Assembly (NCBI GenBank): GCA_905178155.1
Contig: CAJINV010000005.1
Span: 2,606,054 to 2,670,053, forward strand
Direction of reading: 5' to 3'
Source of the DNA: Amoebophrya sp. A120
Lineage: Eukaryota; Protista; Dinoflagellata
DNA length: 64,000 nucleotides
How positions within the stretch are numbered: position 1 is the first letter of the stretch; each line of letters starts with the position of its first letter. The position numbers and the translations under genes were made by a program. The notes under the pieces are model-generated. The model did not search any database. It was not told the DNA's origin and saw nothing but the letters and a program-made list of their open reading frames with translations. Below, piece by piece: positions 26,256-39,800 of the stretch.

Positions 26256-26910
26256 ATGACTCGTCCGGAAGAGCCCTCCAAGGAAGTGAAGAAACTTCAA
26301 GAGCGAGCGCGGGGGAGACAGGACTTCAATTACAATGGGCGGAAAATTTACTCCTGGGACCAAACGATCGACGAGATCAACGTCTACATAGACCCGCCAC
26401 CAGGAGTTACCAAGCACGACCTGGACATAAGTAAGCACCCTTGATGTTGGTCTTGTTTTGTGTTGTACTATGACATTTAGGTGGTATTATTCCATTTTTC
26501 AGTGCAGCTGACAACATGTGAACAAGAGAAAATCTTGAATTCAACCGGTCAAGTACAACCCCGCTACTTTATCAGGTATCGCCCCCCGACACGTGAAGAT
26601 CGGTCTCTGCGGCAACCCGCCTTTTATACAAGAGGACCTCTACTCTGTTTGCGACACGGGCTGCAGCTTCTGGATGATTGAGGACGGGGAGCTCCACCTG
26701 CAGCTTGGGAAAGTGCACAAAGCCGAAACCTGGCAGTCGGTATTCGCCAGACACGGGAAGCTGGACGCCTACACCGAGCAAGAAGTGCAGAAAAAACTGA
26801 TGCTGGAGCGGTTTCAGGAAGAGCACCCGGGTTTTGACTTCTCCGGCGCGGATTTTTCCGGGTCTGCACCCGACGCCAGGGCATTTATGGGAGGGGTGAA
26901 GTACACGTGA
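26256..26910 (+). CDS. NudC-family CS/p23-domain co-chaperone (NUDCD2-like), 169 aa
   Basis: Exons 26256-26430 and 26576-26910. YSWDQTIDEINVYI, SFWMIEDGELHLQLGK and the C-terminal KKLMLERFQEEHPGFDFSGA signature. Confidence 0.88.
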
Positions 26911-27668
26911 GATTGACATAGGAACATCGGATTGACTAGCAGGAGCAGAGGTGAATTTCTTGCCTGTGGTCTCGTCCGATGTATGACAGCGATGTTTTCT
27001 TTTCAACGCGACCAAACTAGTTTTTGGGTCGTGTAAAAATATCATATGAACAACACGAGCGATAGCGAACGAACAAGCGACAGCATCACAATACTTCAAG
27101 CGACATTCGTTGTACCCCGAGCGAACTTTTCTGAATTCTTCTCGGCTAAAAAATGCGCAATCGCGACAAACGTGAACCCAAGCGGGGCGAGCAGCTTCAG
27201 GAGCTTTTTTATGTGGAAGGAACAAATCTGAATCTTCATCTTGATCCTTAGTGGTTGTTTAAAGCCCTTGCGATGAAGATGAAGGAGGAGATGTTGTTCT
27301 GGAGCAATTTTAGCTCACAAAGCTTTGTATGCCGTCGTGTGCAGGACCAAATTGAAATTGGTGGCATCCATACAGGTTCTTTGAGTTGGTGCGAACATCA
27401 GCTGAAAGACGATGTTGACTGGGGAGTTTTATACTTTTGAGAGTTGCGTGAATGTGCCTGTTGAGTAGAATGAATCTAGAGAAGAACGAGATAAAAGTGA
27501 CGCAAAGTAGCAGACGCATCGGCCAGCCAAGCGTCTTGATAATTTCCAGCGTTTCATTTGGTTTGCCAAGTTACTGTTGATGATGATCTGGTATCGTGAA
27601 ACTGTGCTCACATTTCGAGAACGCATTCTAGTTTTGGTAATCTTGGGTACTTCAATGATAAGAAGGGG

Positions 27669-30600
27669 ATGACACGCCCCGCCCATACCTCGACCACAGT
27701 TCCGGCAGAGAACAAGATGCGAACTTTTCCCGGCTCTGTTTCGCTGCGTGCCTGTCGGGTCGAAGTTTCGAACGAAGCTTCTGTTCCAGGAAGTGACGCA
27801 CGGTTGGGGACCGCGACAGGTGGACCAGCGCAGCTGCCTTCTACAATATCGCTCTCCGTCGAGCGCCCGCAGGTGCAAGTCATCTCGCAGTCACCCGGAA
27901 GAGAGCACGCGTGTTTGCCAGAATTCAACAGTCTGACCCCCGGCGGCACCCGCACTCCGTCAGCTTCGTCAAGGCCAGCAGCATCCACCCGCTTTACCGA
28001 TCAGGATGCGTACCGGCGAAAATGTGCGCAAAGAGTCGCGCAGAATCGAAAAAGGATACTGCAGCAGAAGGAGTTGGGTGGAGCTCCTGGAGGTGGTGGC
28101 AACACCAAGCGACATAATAACCCAACATTCCCGGTACTATCGAATCTGCGTCCTGGCGGTTCTTCTACTCCCGCAGATGCAGTGCGAGCGAACTTTCACC
28201 CGGCAGAACGATTTACAACTAGCATGGCGGGCGCAACACCAACAGTGGATTGTTCGCACGGCGAGAAATCCATTCCGGTCTTCAACCACGTCGAGCACCC
28301 GCGGGGGATGGAAAGGTCTTTGCTTCCCGTTCGCGTCAGCATCAGCACACCAAAAGAACACGACCAAGGCAGGCCGTCCGGACGAGTCCGGGTGAGCGAC
28401 TCAGTCGGAGGTGGCGCCAGACTGCGAAGTAAATCCGTCGACCTGTCATCCGCTGGCCCAGCCAGAACAAGAATGATTTCGATGTTGACACCAAAACTTT
28501 CGCTCTCAACGTCTTCTGGGCGAAGTGCAAGGCCGGGCGATGCGCATGCGTACTCGGGCACTGCCGCTAGTTGTACTAGATCAACATCGTTAACACCGGC
28601 AGGTGGGAATATGAAAGGCACCAAAGGTAGTTTATTTTTCAGGAGACTTGCAGGCACAGCAACGTGCCCGCCCCCGGGAATGGGGAAAGCGCCCCTGTTA
28701 AACGGCAGTGGTCAGACGTCCTCGAGATCACAATCCTCCACGCCGCAACAAGGACGCCAACAAAAGAATATTTTCGTCTCGCCCAATAGAGCTCCTGCAA
28801 GAACATCATGCGGAATTGGATTTACAGAGGAGGAGCAAAAGTCGAATGAGAGCACGGTAGTTGTTTTCAACCTCGCACCATCGTCGTTGCCCCGGTCCAA
28901 AGACACAGTCACCACGTCCGCCTCATCTGTCCACGACGGAACATTTCCACAGAGTTCGCCCGAAGGCGGCTCGCCTGTGATGCAACAGAGAGCTGCTGTT
29001 GCGTCTCCTTCAGTTTCCCCGCCGTTCTCAAGTAGCGAACAGAGGGCGAGCAGCAGTCCAAAGGTAGCGGCGCTTGCGCCACCGGGGGGTGCCACGAGAA
29101 CTTCATCATGTTCGTCTGCGTCCGCGTCGCCCAAGATTCCAGCAGCTGCCAGTAGTGCTCTGGAAGGACGAGCTCACCCGCAGCAACTTTTCCGTGGCTC
29201 GATTTCCACCTGTTCCGAGATGTCGGTGCGAATGTCGTTTTCGGATTACGTGAAAAAATTTGGAAGCCCGACGACTTCGTACAACGGAAAAGTCAATGAT
29301 TCTACCGCCTCTCCGATAACTACTGCAGCTGGAAGTGGAAATAAAGGAAGTACAAATAACGAGGCTTATCTACGAACCGCAGGCTCCTCTTCGTCCTCGC
29401 GCTCCTCGCCTGGAACTGCTGCGATAGCAAGCGTTGGCATTCCGCTCTTCACGAACAGCCAGATCGAGCAGGCTGCAAGGAAGCAGGCTGCGGCAGAGTC
29501 GCAGGAGCGACCACGACCGGACCAGCGACCGTTGCGTAGTGCGTTGAAGAAAACGCCTGGGGTAGCTGCAAAAGCTGCGAGGTTAACTACTGCAGGTGCT
29601 GATGAAACTCCGGCGGGCAAGATGACAGGCGGGGGCAAAAACAGTAGAAGCGGTACTATTCTCACGCCGGGGGGTGGAAAAGGGAGTACTAGGGTCGTCA
29701 CTGGTGTAGTAGGACCGAAACCTACAACGACCAAGAAAGGCGGAATCAGAACTACCGCTGCACGAACAGGATCGACGACGCCAGCACAATTATATGCAAG
29801 AAAAAAACTGTGTGAGTGTAACTCTGTAATGCAGAACATGCAACAGAGTTACACGCGTCATGCCAGACAGCCACGAAGTCCTCTTTTCCTGTGTGTTTTC
29901 CCTTACAATCCACGCATGACAGGTTTTCTCTGTCATGTAGAGCAAATTTGTAATGCTGTCAGCCAAAGAAAGTTACACTAACACAGTTTTTTTCTTGGAT
30001 AAATTACGCCCCGCATCTACTGCGACAGGAGGCTGCGTTCGAACTACGGCTGCCACGCAGGCGAATCTGGTGCAGCGGAACAATTGTGAGACGAGCAGCA
30101 AGGGTGCAATTTCATCTTTCAGGCCTCCGGCGCGGGCGAGGGAAGTGACGTTCGCCACTAGAAGTTGCACGACCCCAACGAAGGAAAAAAGGATCAGGTT
30201 TGCAGCCGCGCAGGAAAATGTGTTCAGCAGCCCGAGTAGCGGAAAAGAAAAAAAAACTAGCGTGGCGGGGGCAAAAATAAATGCTGGCACTAAAGTAATC
30301 TCATCCCCAGTCGCACTTGCACCCGTGAAACCGGAGCACCACGCTATCGCCGCTTCGCAACTGAAATCGATCTTGAGCTACAGCCTTGCCGAAGAAGCTT
30401 CGTCCCCGCAGCTGCCCCAGGAAACCAGCACTGCGAAAGGGACAGAAGAGGAACGCGCACAGAGGCTCACTGGAGGAATGTTACATGTACCTCTCAGTAC
30501 ATTTATTTCCATTTCGCTAGTCGTGTGGTCATGGTCTGCGATGATCTTGATCTTCTCATTAGTCGACCACAAAAACGTTGGAGAGGAGCCAGGACTCAAA

Positions 30601-30884
30601 TTCATTTTTCTCGGAGATGATCAATGAGAATGATATGATTGAATGATCTTGAAAAACACATCAAAACTCACCAGGTCTTCGTGCAGATGTCTCTCCAGCG
30701 GCAACTGAAGCCGACCAGTTTATGCCCGTGTGTTCCGTTACCTTCTGGAAACGACTACACGGCTTGGATTCACAACATGGCGGACACCGCGAACAAACAC
30801 GCCCGGAATTGCCCGTTTTACCGCAATCCAGCCCGTTTGCAGGGAATCGTGCGGGACCTGATTCAAGATTTGCGGTCGCAGTAA
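27669..30884 (+). CDS. Ser/Thr/Ala-rich low-complexity hypothetical protein (~937 aa)
   Basis: Exons 27669-29792, 30007-30486, 30675-30884; first junction is TIR element E5, second is a GT-AG intron (phase 0). Confidence 0.65.
29793..30001. mobile_element. Introner-like TIR element E5, TSD AATTA
   Basis: TATGCAAG-A tract-CTGTGTGAGTGTAACT vs revcomp TATCCAAG-A tract-CTGTGTTAGTGTAACT; AATTA at 29788-92 and 30002-06; removal joins the two long ORFs (PAQL-RPAST). Confidence 0.88.
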
Positions 30885-32039
30885 GGTGACTAAGGCGAGC
30901 GGACGTTGGGGATTTCGAAAGGGAAGGGCGCCTGGCATTGAGTTGGATGCAGAGTTTGTCACATCTTCTATGCTCTTTCACATGGTGATCGTCAAGCGCT
31001 AGTATATGCTTTTGGAGCGCAGATAGGCGAAGAAATGGGTAACGCAGGCAGTCCCAAACTAGATTTCTTTTCTTGAACCTTAAAGGATTTTGGTTGTATG
31101 TGTACATTCGATTTTTGAGTTCTTTGATTACAATATCGGCGGGGTCAAGCACTCGTGTGATGAGGATCATTCAGGTGCTTAGTTGATTACTTTTTCTTTC
31201 GACTTCCACGTGTTATTCATTGTGCACACACTGTACCAAATTTCGTTGAAGACAGAGGCTGCCGCGCAACTGGAACTGAGTGCCCAAAGTTGGCCCGACT
31301 GTCTCCTCTAATTAGAACAGAAGTTGAAGTTAAACAAACACAAAGGAATATCATATCAAGAGAAGGGCGACTCTCTCGTACGCTAAGTAAGGCGCCTCTT
31401 CCATTAGTCGGAGTTAAGTGAATGCAGCAGGAGAAGCTGCAGTCGCAGTGTCAGCGGTCATTCCGTTCTTGTTTTTCCGAAAAAATACACAATAAGCATG
31501 GGGATGATGTGCTGCTCGAGATGAATTTTTATACGGTTTTAATGCCACCGAGCGATGACAGCATAGATCCGACTACAACGTCCATTGACACTGAGCGACG
31601 CCGGCGGAGGAGAGATAAAAAGAAAAGACAAGGCTTTCATTGCTGCAGCAGCTCATGATCATGTAGGATTGTGAGTTGTAGCTGCTGCATTTTTCCTGAG
31701 TGTTTGCATTCATAAAAACGACCACGCAATAGAGTTGAAGATGAAAGCAAACGCTTAGGATTAGGAAAAGTGAAGGACGATGAATACTAGCAATAGTTCG
31801 TGACTCGGCCGCATCAAACGAGTTGGTGTACAAAAATGACAATGATCTTGCGCCAGACCCAGAGATTGGGGCGCAGCTTCGCGGACGAAGAGCACAGCGG
31901 CGGCGGCAACCAGCAACAAGCGGAGCACCAACAGAATGAAAAGCAACGACTCCAGAAACATTCTCATTCACGGATAGCTTTTGCCTCGTCGACCTGTTCG
32001 CTGCAGCAGTATCGCCGAGCAAGAAGACCACGAGGAAAA

Positions 32040-35000
32040 ATGCGGCGGCAGCTGACCGTAGTTTCCACCGCGCTGCTGCAGCTCCTTCTCCTCGTTTGTG
32101 ACTACAGACTTTTTAACATCTTGAACAGTTCTGAGGACCACTACGTGAAGACTCTCTACTCCGTCAGGCACGGGATGCTGCTCAACGAAATTCTTACGAC
32201 CACCCAGAATAACATCAGCGTCGTGTCTTTATTCACGCGAAACGAAGAAACGAACACAGTGTCTACTTCAAGGGCATCAACTATCGCAGTGAACGCAATC
32301 ACCTTGTCCTCCTCGACCAGCGCTAACCCAGCAGCTGTTGACAGCGCCACTGTAGTGAACACGGACGACAACATCAGGAACGCGATAGGTCTCGATGAGC
32401 CGCCGGCTGGAGTAGCAGATGAAGTAACACTACCAGTACCAGAGCAAAAATCTAGCGAAATCGGTGTTGTTCGAGATGGTGTTTATAATCTCGGCGATGA
32501 ACAACAACAAGAGAGAAACCAAAACCAAATATTACCACGAGCTGCAGAAGACGAGTCCACAGCTTCCCTCTCATCAACTGGGAGCCGCGATCTCGCTGAC
32601 AAAGACCCCGAAAACGACCTCCGAACCAGTACGAAAACCCTCCGCTTGGATTTGGTGGAGAAGAACAACCTTCTGGATCTCGGGGGAAACATCAAAAGCG
32701 AAAACTGGTTTGACGAACGGGACAAGAAGCTAGAAAAGAAAAATCAAGAAGAACTGAAGCGGAGAACGAGAAAAAGGGGGAAAAACGATCTCTGGGACGT
32801 GAAGTTTTCGGAGGTGGAGAAGAAAGTTTTAGCGGGAGCGTTTGCAGACGCGGAGGCGGAGGAGCGAATGGGAAATGAAAATGCTAATACAGCAGGTGGA
32901 AGAAAGACAAATTCAAATACCGCATCAACCAGCAGAAGTGAAAACTCTTTGTCTCTGTCCACTTCGGAGTCCGCACTGTCCCAGCCGAACGTTGCTACGC
33001 AGAATGCAGTCGCGCATACCAACGAAATGTACACGCACGAGCTCAGAGGGTATTGACATGCTTTGTGGTTGGATGGATTTTTTATTCTTTCTTTACTGCA
33101 GTCGCAGCGCCAGTATTCCGCATAGATTCAGATGGCGAACAAGAACGAGAAAAAACAAATTGTTTTGAAACCGTACAACGCGTAACAGAAATAAAAAGAT
33201 CATCTACAACCTCACAGCTACACCATCAAGAGAACGGGGACGGGGTCAGGCCTCGATAACGCGGCCATGGTGCGGGCCTATCCGAATGAAGTTTTTGAAT
33301 GGTTGGGTTGTTGTAAAGGTAGACGACAAAGATCGCGCTCGGCGTCATAATCATAAAACTAAAAGGTTACGGTTCAGTTTGTATGTATCCTATCTATCCA
33401 GTGGAGCACTCAACTAGCACGCGCATGTTGAAATAAATGAGCAAGCGCATGATGCTCTTCAACATGTTGATCATTCAATCCGGCGCAAGATGAACACTCA
33501 ACAAACTTTTTTTCCTTGCATCCATCCCAGCTTTACTACTCGCAAACTTTCGGTTGCCAAGGGCAGCAAGAGTTTGCCATCGAAAAAGGCACGTTTGACG
33601 GCGTGAGCGACCTGTGCGGCTGCCAGTGCCCGGCTGGCGTCACGGGTACGGTGTGTCCCTGCGGCACGGTGCGGGACTGCGCTTGGTTGTGCGAGAACAG
33701 CGAAAACTGCAACGCGTTCATCACTCTGGGGAGTGCGGACCAGAGCCCAGCCAAGCATGCCAACACGACGAAGCTCCGGAGCACGGGGGGATCGAACACC
33801 ACGACCTATCCGATTCCGGAGGACATCAACGTGGGCGGCTGCGTGCTGCTGCGGTACGAAGACCACACGGATGAATTCGATTTTCAGCAGATGCTCCAGG
33901 TGCACCAGCTGGGCGGGTACCCGAAAATCTGCGACCCCTACGACAAGCCCGGGGAGTGGGCGTGCTTGTTCAGTAGAAATGTTTTCTTTTGATGCTTTTG
34001 TACCTGAACTTGATGCGTCACAATAGACGAGCTGAAATGATGAATCTTCACGAGTGCAGCTGCTTTCCTCGGGCTGCATAAGCAGAACGAACCAAGCTTC
34101 GTGTGTTGAAGGTGATTTCATCCACTACGCAAAAATATTACCACACCAAAAACAAACAGAGCTGTATTCCGTCGAGACCTACCACGACGCGCTCTACAAC
34201 CAAAGGTGCGGTAAGCACGGCAGCGCGCCCATCGTCACCCCCGGTCAGTGCGATATCGCGGGCCTGCGTATGAAGCTGTTTACGGGGAAAAATGACGTCA
34301 CGAACCTGGCCGACGACATTCACCTGAACATGACGATGGTCTACGCGGAGGACTACCTGGAATTTTGCTCCGTTTTGGGCGATAAGGACGCGCCCCCGGA
34401 AGAGAGCCACATGATTTTTAACCCGCACTTCAAGTGGCCGGGCTCGAATGTCTTCTCCACGAATTTCGGATCCCGGCTGGTCTGCTACGACAACGACTAC
34501 CAAATCGAATTTCTCGTGGTGCTATGCAATACAAATTTTCTGCACATGTACAAAATGCATCGCAATGAATTTCACCAACTTAGAAGAAGAAATGTGTCAC
34601 GCTGGTGCTAAAGAGGTTTGAAGGAAAACATTGTCATGCGGAAGGTAATTGTGCCTGTGCGTGTACGGGAACTTTCCTGTGGATAGGTGCCACCGGTCAC
34701 GACGACCACCACCACGACGACCACCACCACCACTACGACCACCACAACCACGACACTGGTCGTGCAGCCGATGCTGGATCAGCTGGTCAAGGAACGTGAC
34801 CACTTGACCGCTTCCAGTGACTACGGCTTCAATTTCACGAGCAGCAACCACTCCATGACCCCCGGCCGGAATTTTTACATGCACCCGATCCCCCCGAGTC
34901 CAAACTCCTACAACAACATCACCTACCGCGAAGCGGTCACGAAAAAGCTGCACAAGCCGGTGCCCGTGCCCGCCGACGTGCTGTTGGCACTTACGAAGCA

Positions 35001-35766
35001 CAAGATGAAACGCGAAGCGGAGCAAGACGGCTACGAGTTCGATGACGAAGCGGCGGACGAATCTTTAGGCCTGGAGGACCTGCCAGCTCCGGAGGAGGAC
35101 AAACAGGATCAGCAACCGGATGTTGAGATGACGACTGCAACAAGAAGAACTACAGCTGCTGCAACAGACGAAGGCACTAGCGCAGTAGAGCCAGCCGCGC
35201 CCTCCTCCTCCCTTATGGAAAGTGAACGACAAACCACGACGAGAATAAAAGCGACTTCAGCGGCATCCACCGGGAAAAGTAAAAAGCGACAAAAGAAGAT
35301 GAAAGTCCGCCAGAAGAAAGAAATGTCAAGAAGTGCGAAGGCCCGGGCCTACCAGAACGCGATTGATGCGTTCAATCAGCAGATGCATCGTATGGGAGTG
35401 TCAAAATCGAAATCGTCAAAGTTGAAATGATTTGCCATGCATAAAATGGATGCCAGTTGGAACCCAGTTTCCAAGTAGTGCATGACAAATTTTGGCGGTC
35501 CTTAAATCCAGTTTGTCACGCTGTTTAGGCAAAGACGGCTGATCTTCTCATGCTACTTTAGCAGCTCGAGCTCTAACCCCAACCAGGCTTACAATCGACC
35601 TCACTTGCCTGCTCTGCAACGCACGCGCCTCGCGTCATGCATTTTATGCATGACAAACTATTTAAACTTTGACGATTTCAATCCTGACAGCACTTCCATA
35701 CATCGCATTCTGGAAGTCGACGGAAAAATCAGGCATCCGGGGAAGCGGGAAAAGCTGTTTGGATAA
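32040..35766 (+). CDS. Predicted secreted/surface protein with Cys-rich PAN/apple-like module and poly-Thr stalk (~882 aa)
   Basis: Hydrophobic N-terminus MRRQLTVVSTALLQLLLLVC. Exons 32040-33049, 33218-33290, 33531-33972, 34160-34522, 34691-35390, 35706-35766 are in frame. CAWLCENSENCNAF...GCVLL is PAN-like; ~19 consecutive Thr. Confidence 0.65.
34523..34685. mobile_element. Introner-like TIR element E6 with degenerate arms, TSD GGTGC; removable as GT-AG intron 34519-34686
   Basis: TATGCA...TGGATA ends; GGTGC at 34518-22 and 34686-90; removal gives FLVV-PPVTTT. Confidence 0.78.
34699..34757 (+). repeat. ACN trinucleotide repeat encoding poly-threonine
   Basis: ACG/ACC/ACT/ACA run inside an exon. 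Confidence 0.9.
35391..35700. mobile_element. Introner-like TIR element E7, TSD CATCG
   Basis: ~58-bp arms TATGGGAGTG...GAAATCGTCAAAGTT...ATGCATAAAATG; CATCG at 35386-90 and 35701-05; removal extends the ORF MHR-ILEVDGKIRHPGKREKLFG* to 35766. Confidence 0.9.
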
Positions 35767-36861
35767 ACGCGGATGTTCGTTGGTGTTGACCACGGTGATG
35801 TACATGTATTTTCAAAATCGGCTCCATGTCGTTCTCAAGTTGTCTCTTCTCTCTGCTCTCTTCTACTTTGCCGAGCAATTTTAATACCGGTGGAATTCGT
35901 ATTAATGCCTTTTGCGCCGTCGGCTCGTGCAGGGCGACTACAACTGGAGTAAAGTAAGGAGGGATGCTGGACGAATGAGAAAGTAGTGGTGACAAAAAAT
36001 ACGAACAAGCACTTTGTACGATGAAGATCATCAATATGTTGATGTCCTCGTCGATGTCGAGTCAACATTGCTCGTGGAAGCAAGGAGACCACTGACGTAC
36101 GATTCGAGGATTGATGGAAAAGCTGAATGATAGGAAAACGGCTGTAAGATTTTTGTTTCGCATTCGCTTGTAATGTTGAAGCACGCTCCGAAAAACAAAA
36201 TCGATTTTCAAATGCATCAATTGTACCTACTAGCATGTGTGAAATGTATTTCACACAAAACAGATGCACGCTAGTAGCAGTGTCAATCGCTTTTGTGTTC
36301 ACTTTTTTTTTTGGTAACGCCATTTCCAAAATCGTTCCGTATAGAAAACGAGCACACCCTCGTGAATGCGACAATTCTTGCGGTCTTTGCAGCCCGCACG
36401 CATAATCGCATTTTTTGGTTTGCAAATGCAGGTTTTTGTCCGGTAGGTTCAGACGAGTTTTTTCTTCGATCAGAGGAAGCAGATCGTGATTCGATAAGTT
36501 GTTACGCTAATGAAGATCAAAATACGATGTTATCACGCACACCAGATAGACTGGACGCAGCATATCACTGCAAAAGGAGTTTCTTTTTCTTGTAGTGATT
36601 CGCTGATGTGGATGAAAATGCCGTGAGGATTGTAAAACGAGGAAGTAGGACGACCACGACGGCCGCGTCGATCAAAAAAAATTATTGATCTTACCATTCC
36701 CGCCCCCTCGCTTAAACTTCTAGAGCGAATCTCAAGTCTAATGTTGTCATAAATGACGGTGATAGGCATAGGCATGGGGTGGGAGTGCAACTGCTTTATG
36801 GTTGCATAGTTCCCAACGAAGGTTGCAGCACCAAGCACGAAAATAAAACAAGTTTTTCACA

Positions 36862-39800
36862 ATGTTGCTAACCACTAACCGCCGTGCCGTAGTGTCTCTG
36901 AGGATTGCATCGGCAATCTGGAGGTCTTCAAACACGGCTTATTTCCTGTGGCTGCTGATGTTGGGTCTTCTCCAGCATTCGGTTTCGTCGATGAGAGACC
37001 TACAAACGACGACAACCTCCGTCGACCACGACCCATTCTGTTGGACGGGGAATGAGCCGAACCCGAATGCTGCGGCTGATCATGCACCTGCGTCGACAGA
37101 GACAGTGCCCGCATCGACAGAAGAAGGTTCTACTAGCAAGGCACCCTTACCGCTCCTGGACGGCTTCACGCCCCACCGCCACGCCAACCGGTACAGCCGG
37201 CTGTACTGGACGAAGGAGCTGAAACTCCACCCGGAAAAAAACATCATCGTCCTCGACGTCGATAATGTGCTCGCTGACAGCATCTCTCGCATGCGCAAAG
37301 CGCGGAGATGGGAAGAAATTTATATGCAAGAGGACAACAGAGTTAGAGAAGATCAAAATTTTCCTTCGGCTGGTAGAAGTGTTTCGGCAACTGTTCTTGA
37401 TACTATGCAAAAATACGACCGCTTCAACCCGGAGGAGTTTTTTAAAGACCCAGCTATTCACAACGCTGCAAAAGCGTTCCAGGCATTCTCGAGGCATCTG
37501 GGGAAGCAGAACGTCCAGATTTTGACGGCGAGAGGACAATTGGACAAGAAGTACGAGTGTAAATTCGTTCATTTCATTGAACGTCCGCCTGGCGAGTTTC
37601 AATCCGCATCCGCTGAAGATGTTGTACCGGCACAACCAGCAGCGCAGACTAGAATCCGCTGTGAGCGACGGGCGACGCCCCTCGAACAAGTTCAGGACAC
37701 ACGACAAGGCGGAAACGACGAGGAAGAAACCGGTGGTTCTCTTGGTGACCGTGTGGTGGACCAGGCACTGGTGTTACAGCTGTGGTTGAGGGAAAACGGA
37801 TTTCTGGATTTCGAAGAAGAACTTGGAGGCGATGACGTGGCCTCTCTAGCGGAAACTACAGCAGCACAAACACAATCACTGCGAGTATCGGATTCACATC
37901 ATGTTCCACCGTCGATCAAGATTGTCGACCACGCCGCGGATAAGAAGGACTACTTGAAAAGATTATGCAATGTCGAAAAATCTTGCCTACTCATCGACGA
38001 TTTCAGGATCAATTGGGAAGAGTACGGGCAGGAGGAAGGAGTTGTTGAACAAGGTCATCAAGGCGAAGTAGAAGCTGGCGAACGTGGTCGCACTCCTTAC
38101 AGGTGGACATCAACGATTGCAAGTATCTTCACCGGCACCCACGTGAACAAAAAACTGATCTACGAGCTGCAACAAGACATTCCGAATCTGCACTCCGAAA
38201 TTTTCGACGATGGGAGCTACGGAGGGGTGAAAAACGACTGGTGTATGATTATGGAAAGGTATTTGATTGGAGTAGATGTTGGGGAGCAGACACGTTTACC
38301 AGACGGTGGGGATGAAAAATTATCTGCCGATCATCTGCACGAAACCATTGTAGCAGACGGAGAAGATGACCGCCGCGTGGGTCTGCCTAGTACGAGCATG
38401 AAAGCAGCAAGAACACTAGGCTCCTGCAACGGTATCGATGTTGAAGTAGATTTGTGTCGACCGGATGTACACTTGTTGAGGCTATGTTTTCGTTTTAGTG
38501 ATTGTTTGTGTACAACCAGTTCGTGTAAAAATCGTTTGATTCTACATAGTATTCATCAAAACAAAGCCCAGCTGACGTTGCCGCGATTCGGAGACGAGCG
38601 GAGAAGGTCAATGGCCTGTTTGATACCAGCACGACACCGACAGCTGAAAGTTCACATGGCATCCAGCTAAAAGTCGCGAGTCTGCAAATGCCAGCTCTTG
38701 ATGTTGGGACGTCGATATCCACATCAAAGACGCCTGCAGCTCTTTCTGTGCAAGAGGGTACTGATGCTGATCCTACCGGGAAGAGGACCACCACCAGCAA
38801 GACTGTGCTGCCAGTGTCGTCGACGTTCCCGGAACAAGAAATAAACATCCCCACCTTTGCAGTCGTCTCTTCCTTCTTCGAGCCGGACGTGTTGTCCAGC
38901 TTGTTTTACGAGGGTGACGAAAGTTTCCGGTACGTGGAGGAACTTTTCCAAGGTCTCGCCACCCGCGTGTACGACCTGAGCCGGGCGGACCTGATCTGGG
39001 TTCAGTACCAGCGCTGCGGCCCGCATTTGAGTGTCTGGAAAGATTTGGAGGGGTTTTTCAAAGACCAAAAGATCAAGGAATCCGCCGTGATCTCCACGAT
39101 CCCGGGCAGTTGCGAGGACCACTACTCGAAGGACCGGCTCTGTCACCACTACCGGCAATTCGCCACGCCGGCGGAGATGCTAGGAGATGAAACAACGAGT
39201 GGGCGGGCAGCGAACTACAGTGGAGGATCGCTATCGCTTTCCACCAGCCCAGCAGTAACTGCAGCGACTCGCCGTCTAAACCGCCAAGTTTTTTCATCTT
39301 CATCCGCGGAAACATCAACCCAGAGAACCACGTCGAATTTCGGCGGCCTGATTCCCTGCTGGGTGCTCGATTCCGAGGAAAGCTGGCTGGAGCTGATGGA
39401 TTACATCAGCCAACACAAACACAAATGGTTCATCTTGAAGGAGCCGCGCTCGGCCGGCGCGAGCGGAACGGTCCTCGCGTCCGGGGAAGAGTTGAGAAGC
39501 GAGAGTTGGCAGGGGAAGATGCGGAGCTGGTTCTCCAGCCGGGCGAGGGAGTATGCGCAGCAAGAAGTGGCGAGCGCAATACAAATCGCAAACGCGGACG
39601 TCATCACGGTGCAGGAGTACTTCACGGATCCGTTTTTGGTGGAAGATCCGGGCAACAACGAGCAGATCTTGCGGAAGGACAAACTGCTGTGGAGTGTGCT
39701 GTCCGCGACGAAAAATCGGGACGAGGCGGGTAGTTTTCGCAGGGAACAAGACAGGGACAGACGAAAACAGCTGCGGAGGCCCGCTGCTACTACAGGATCA

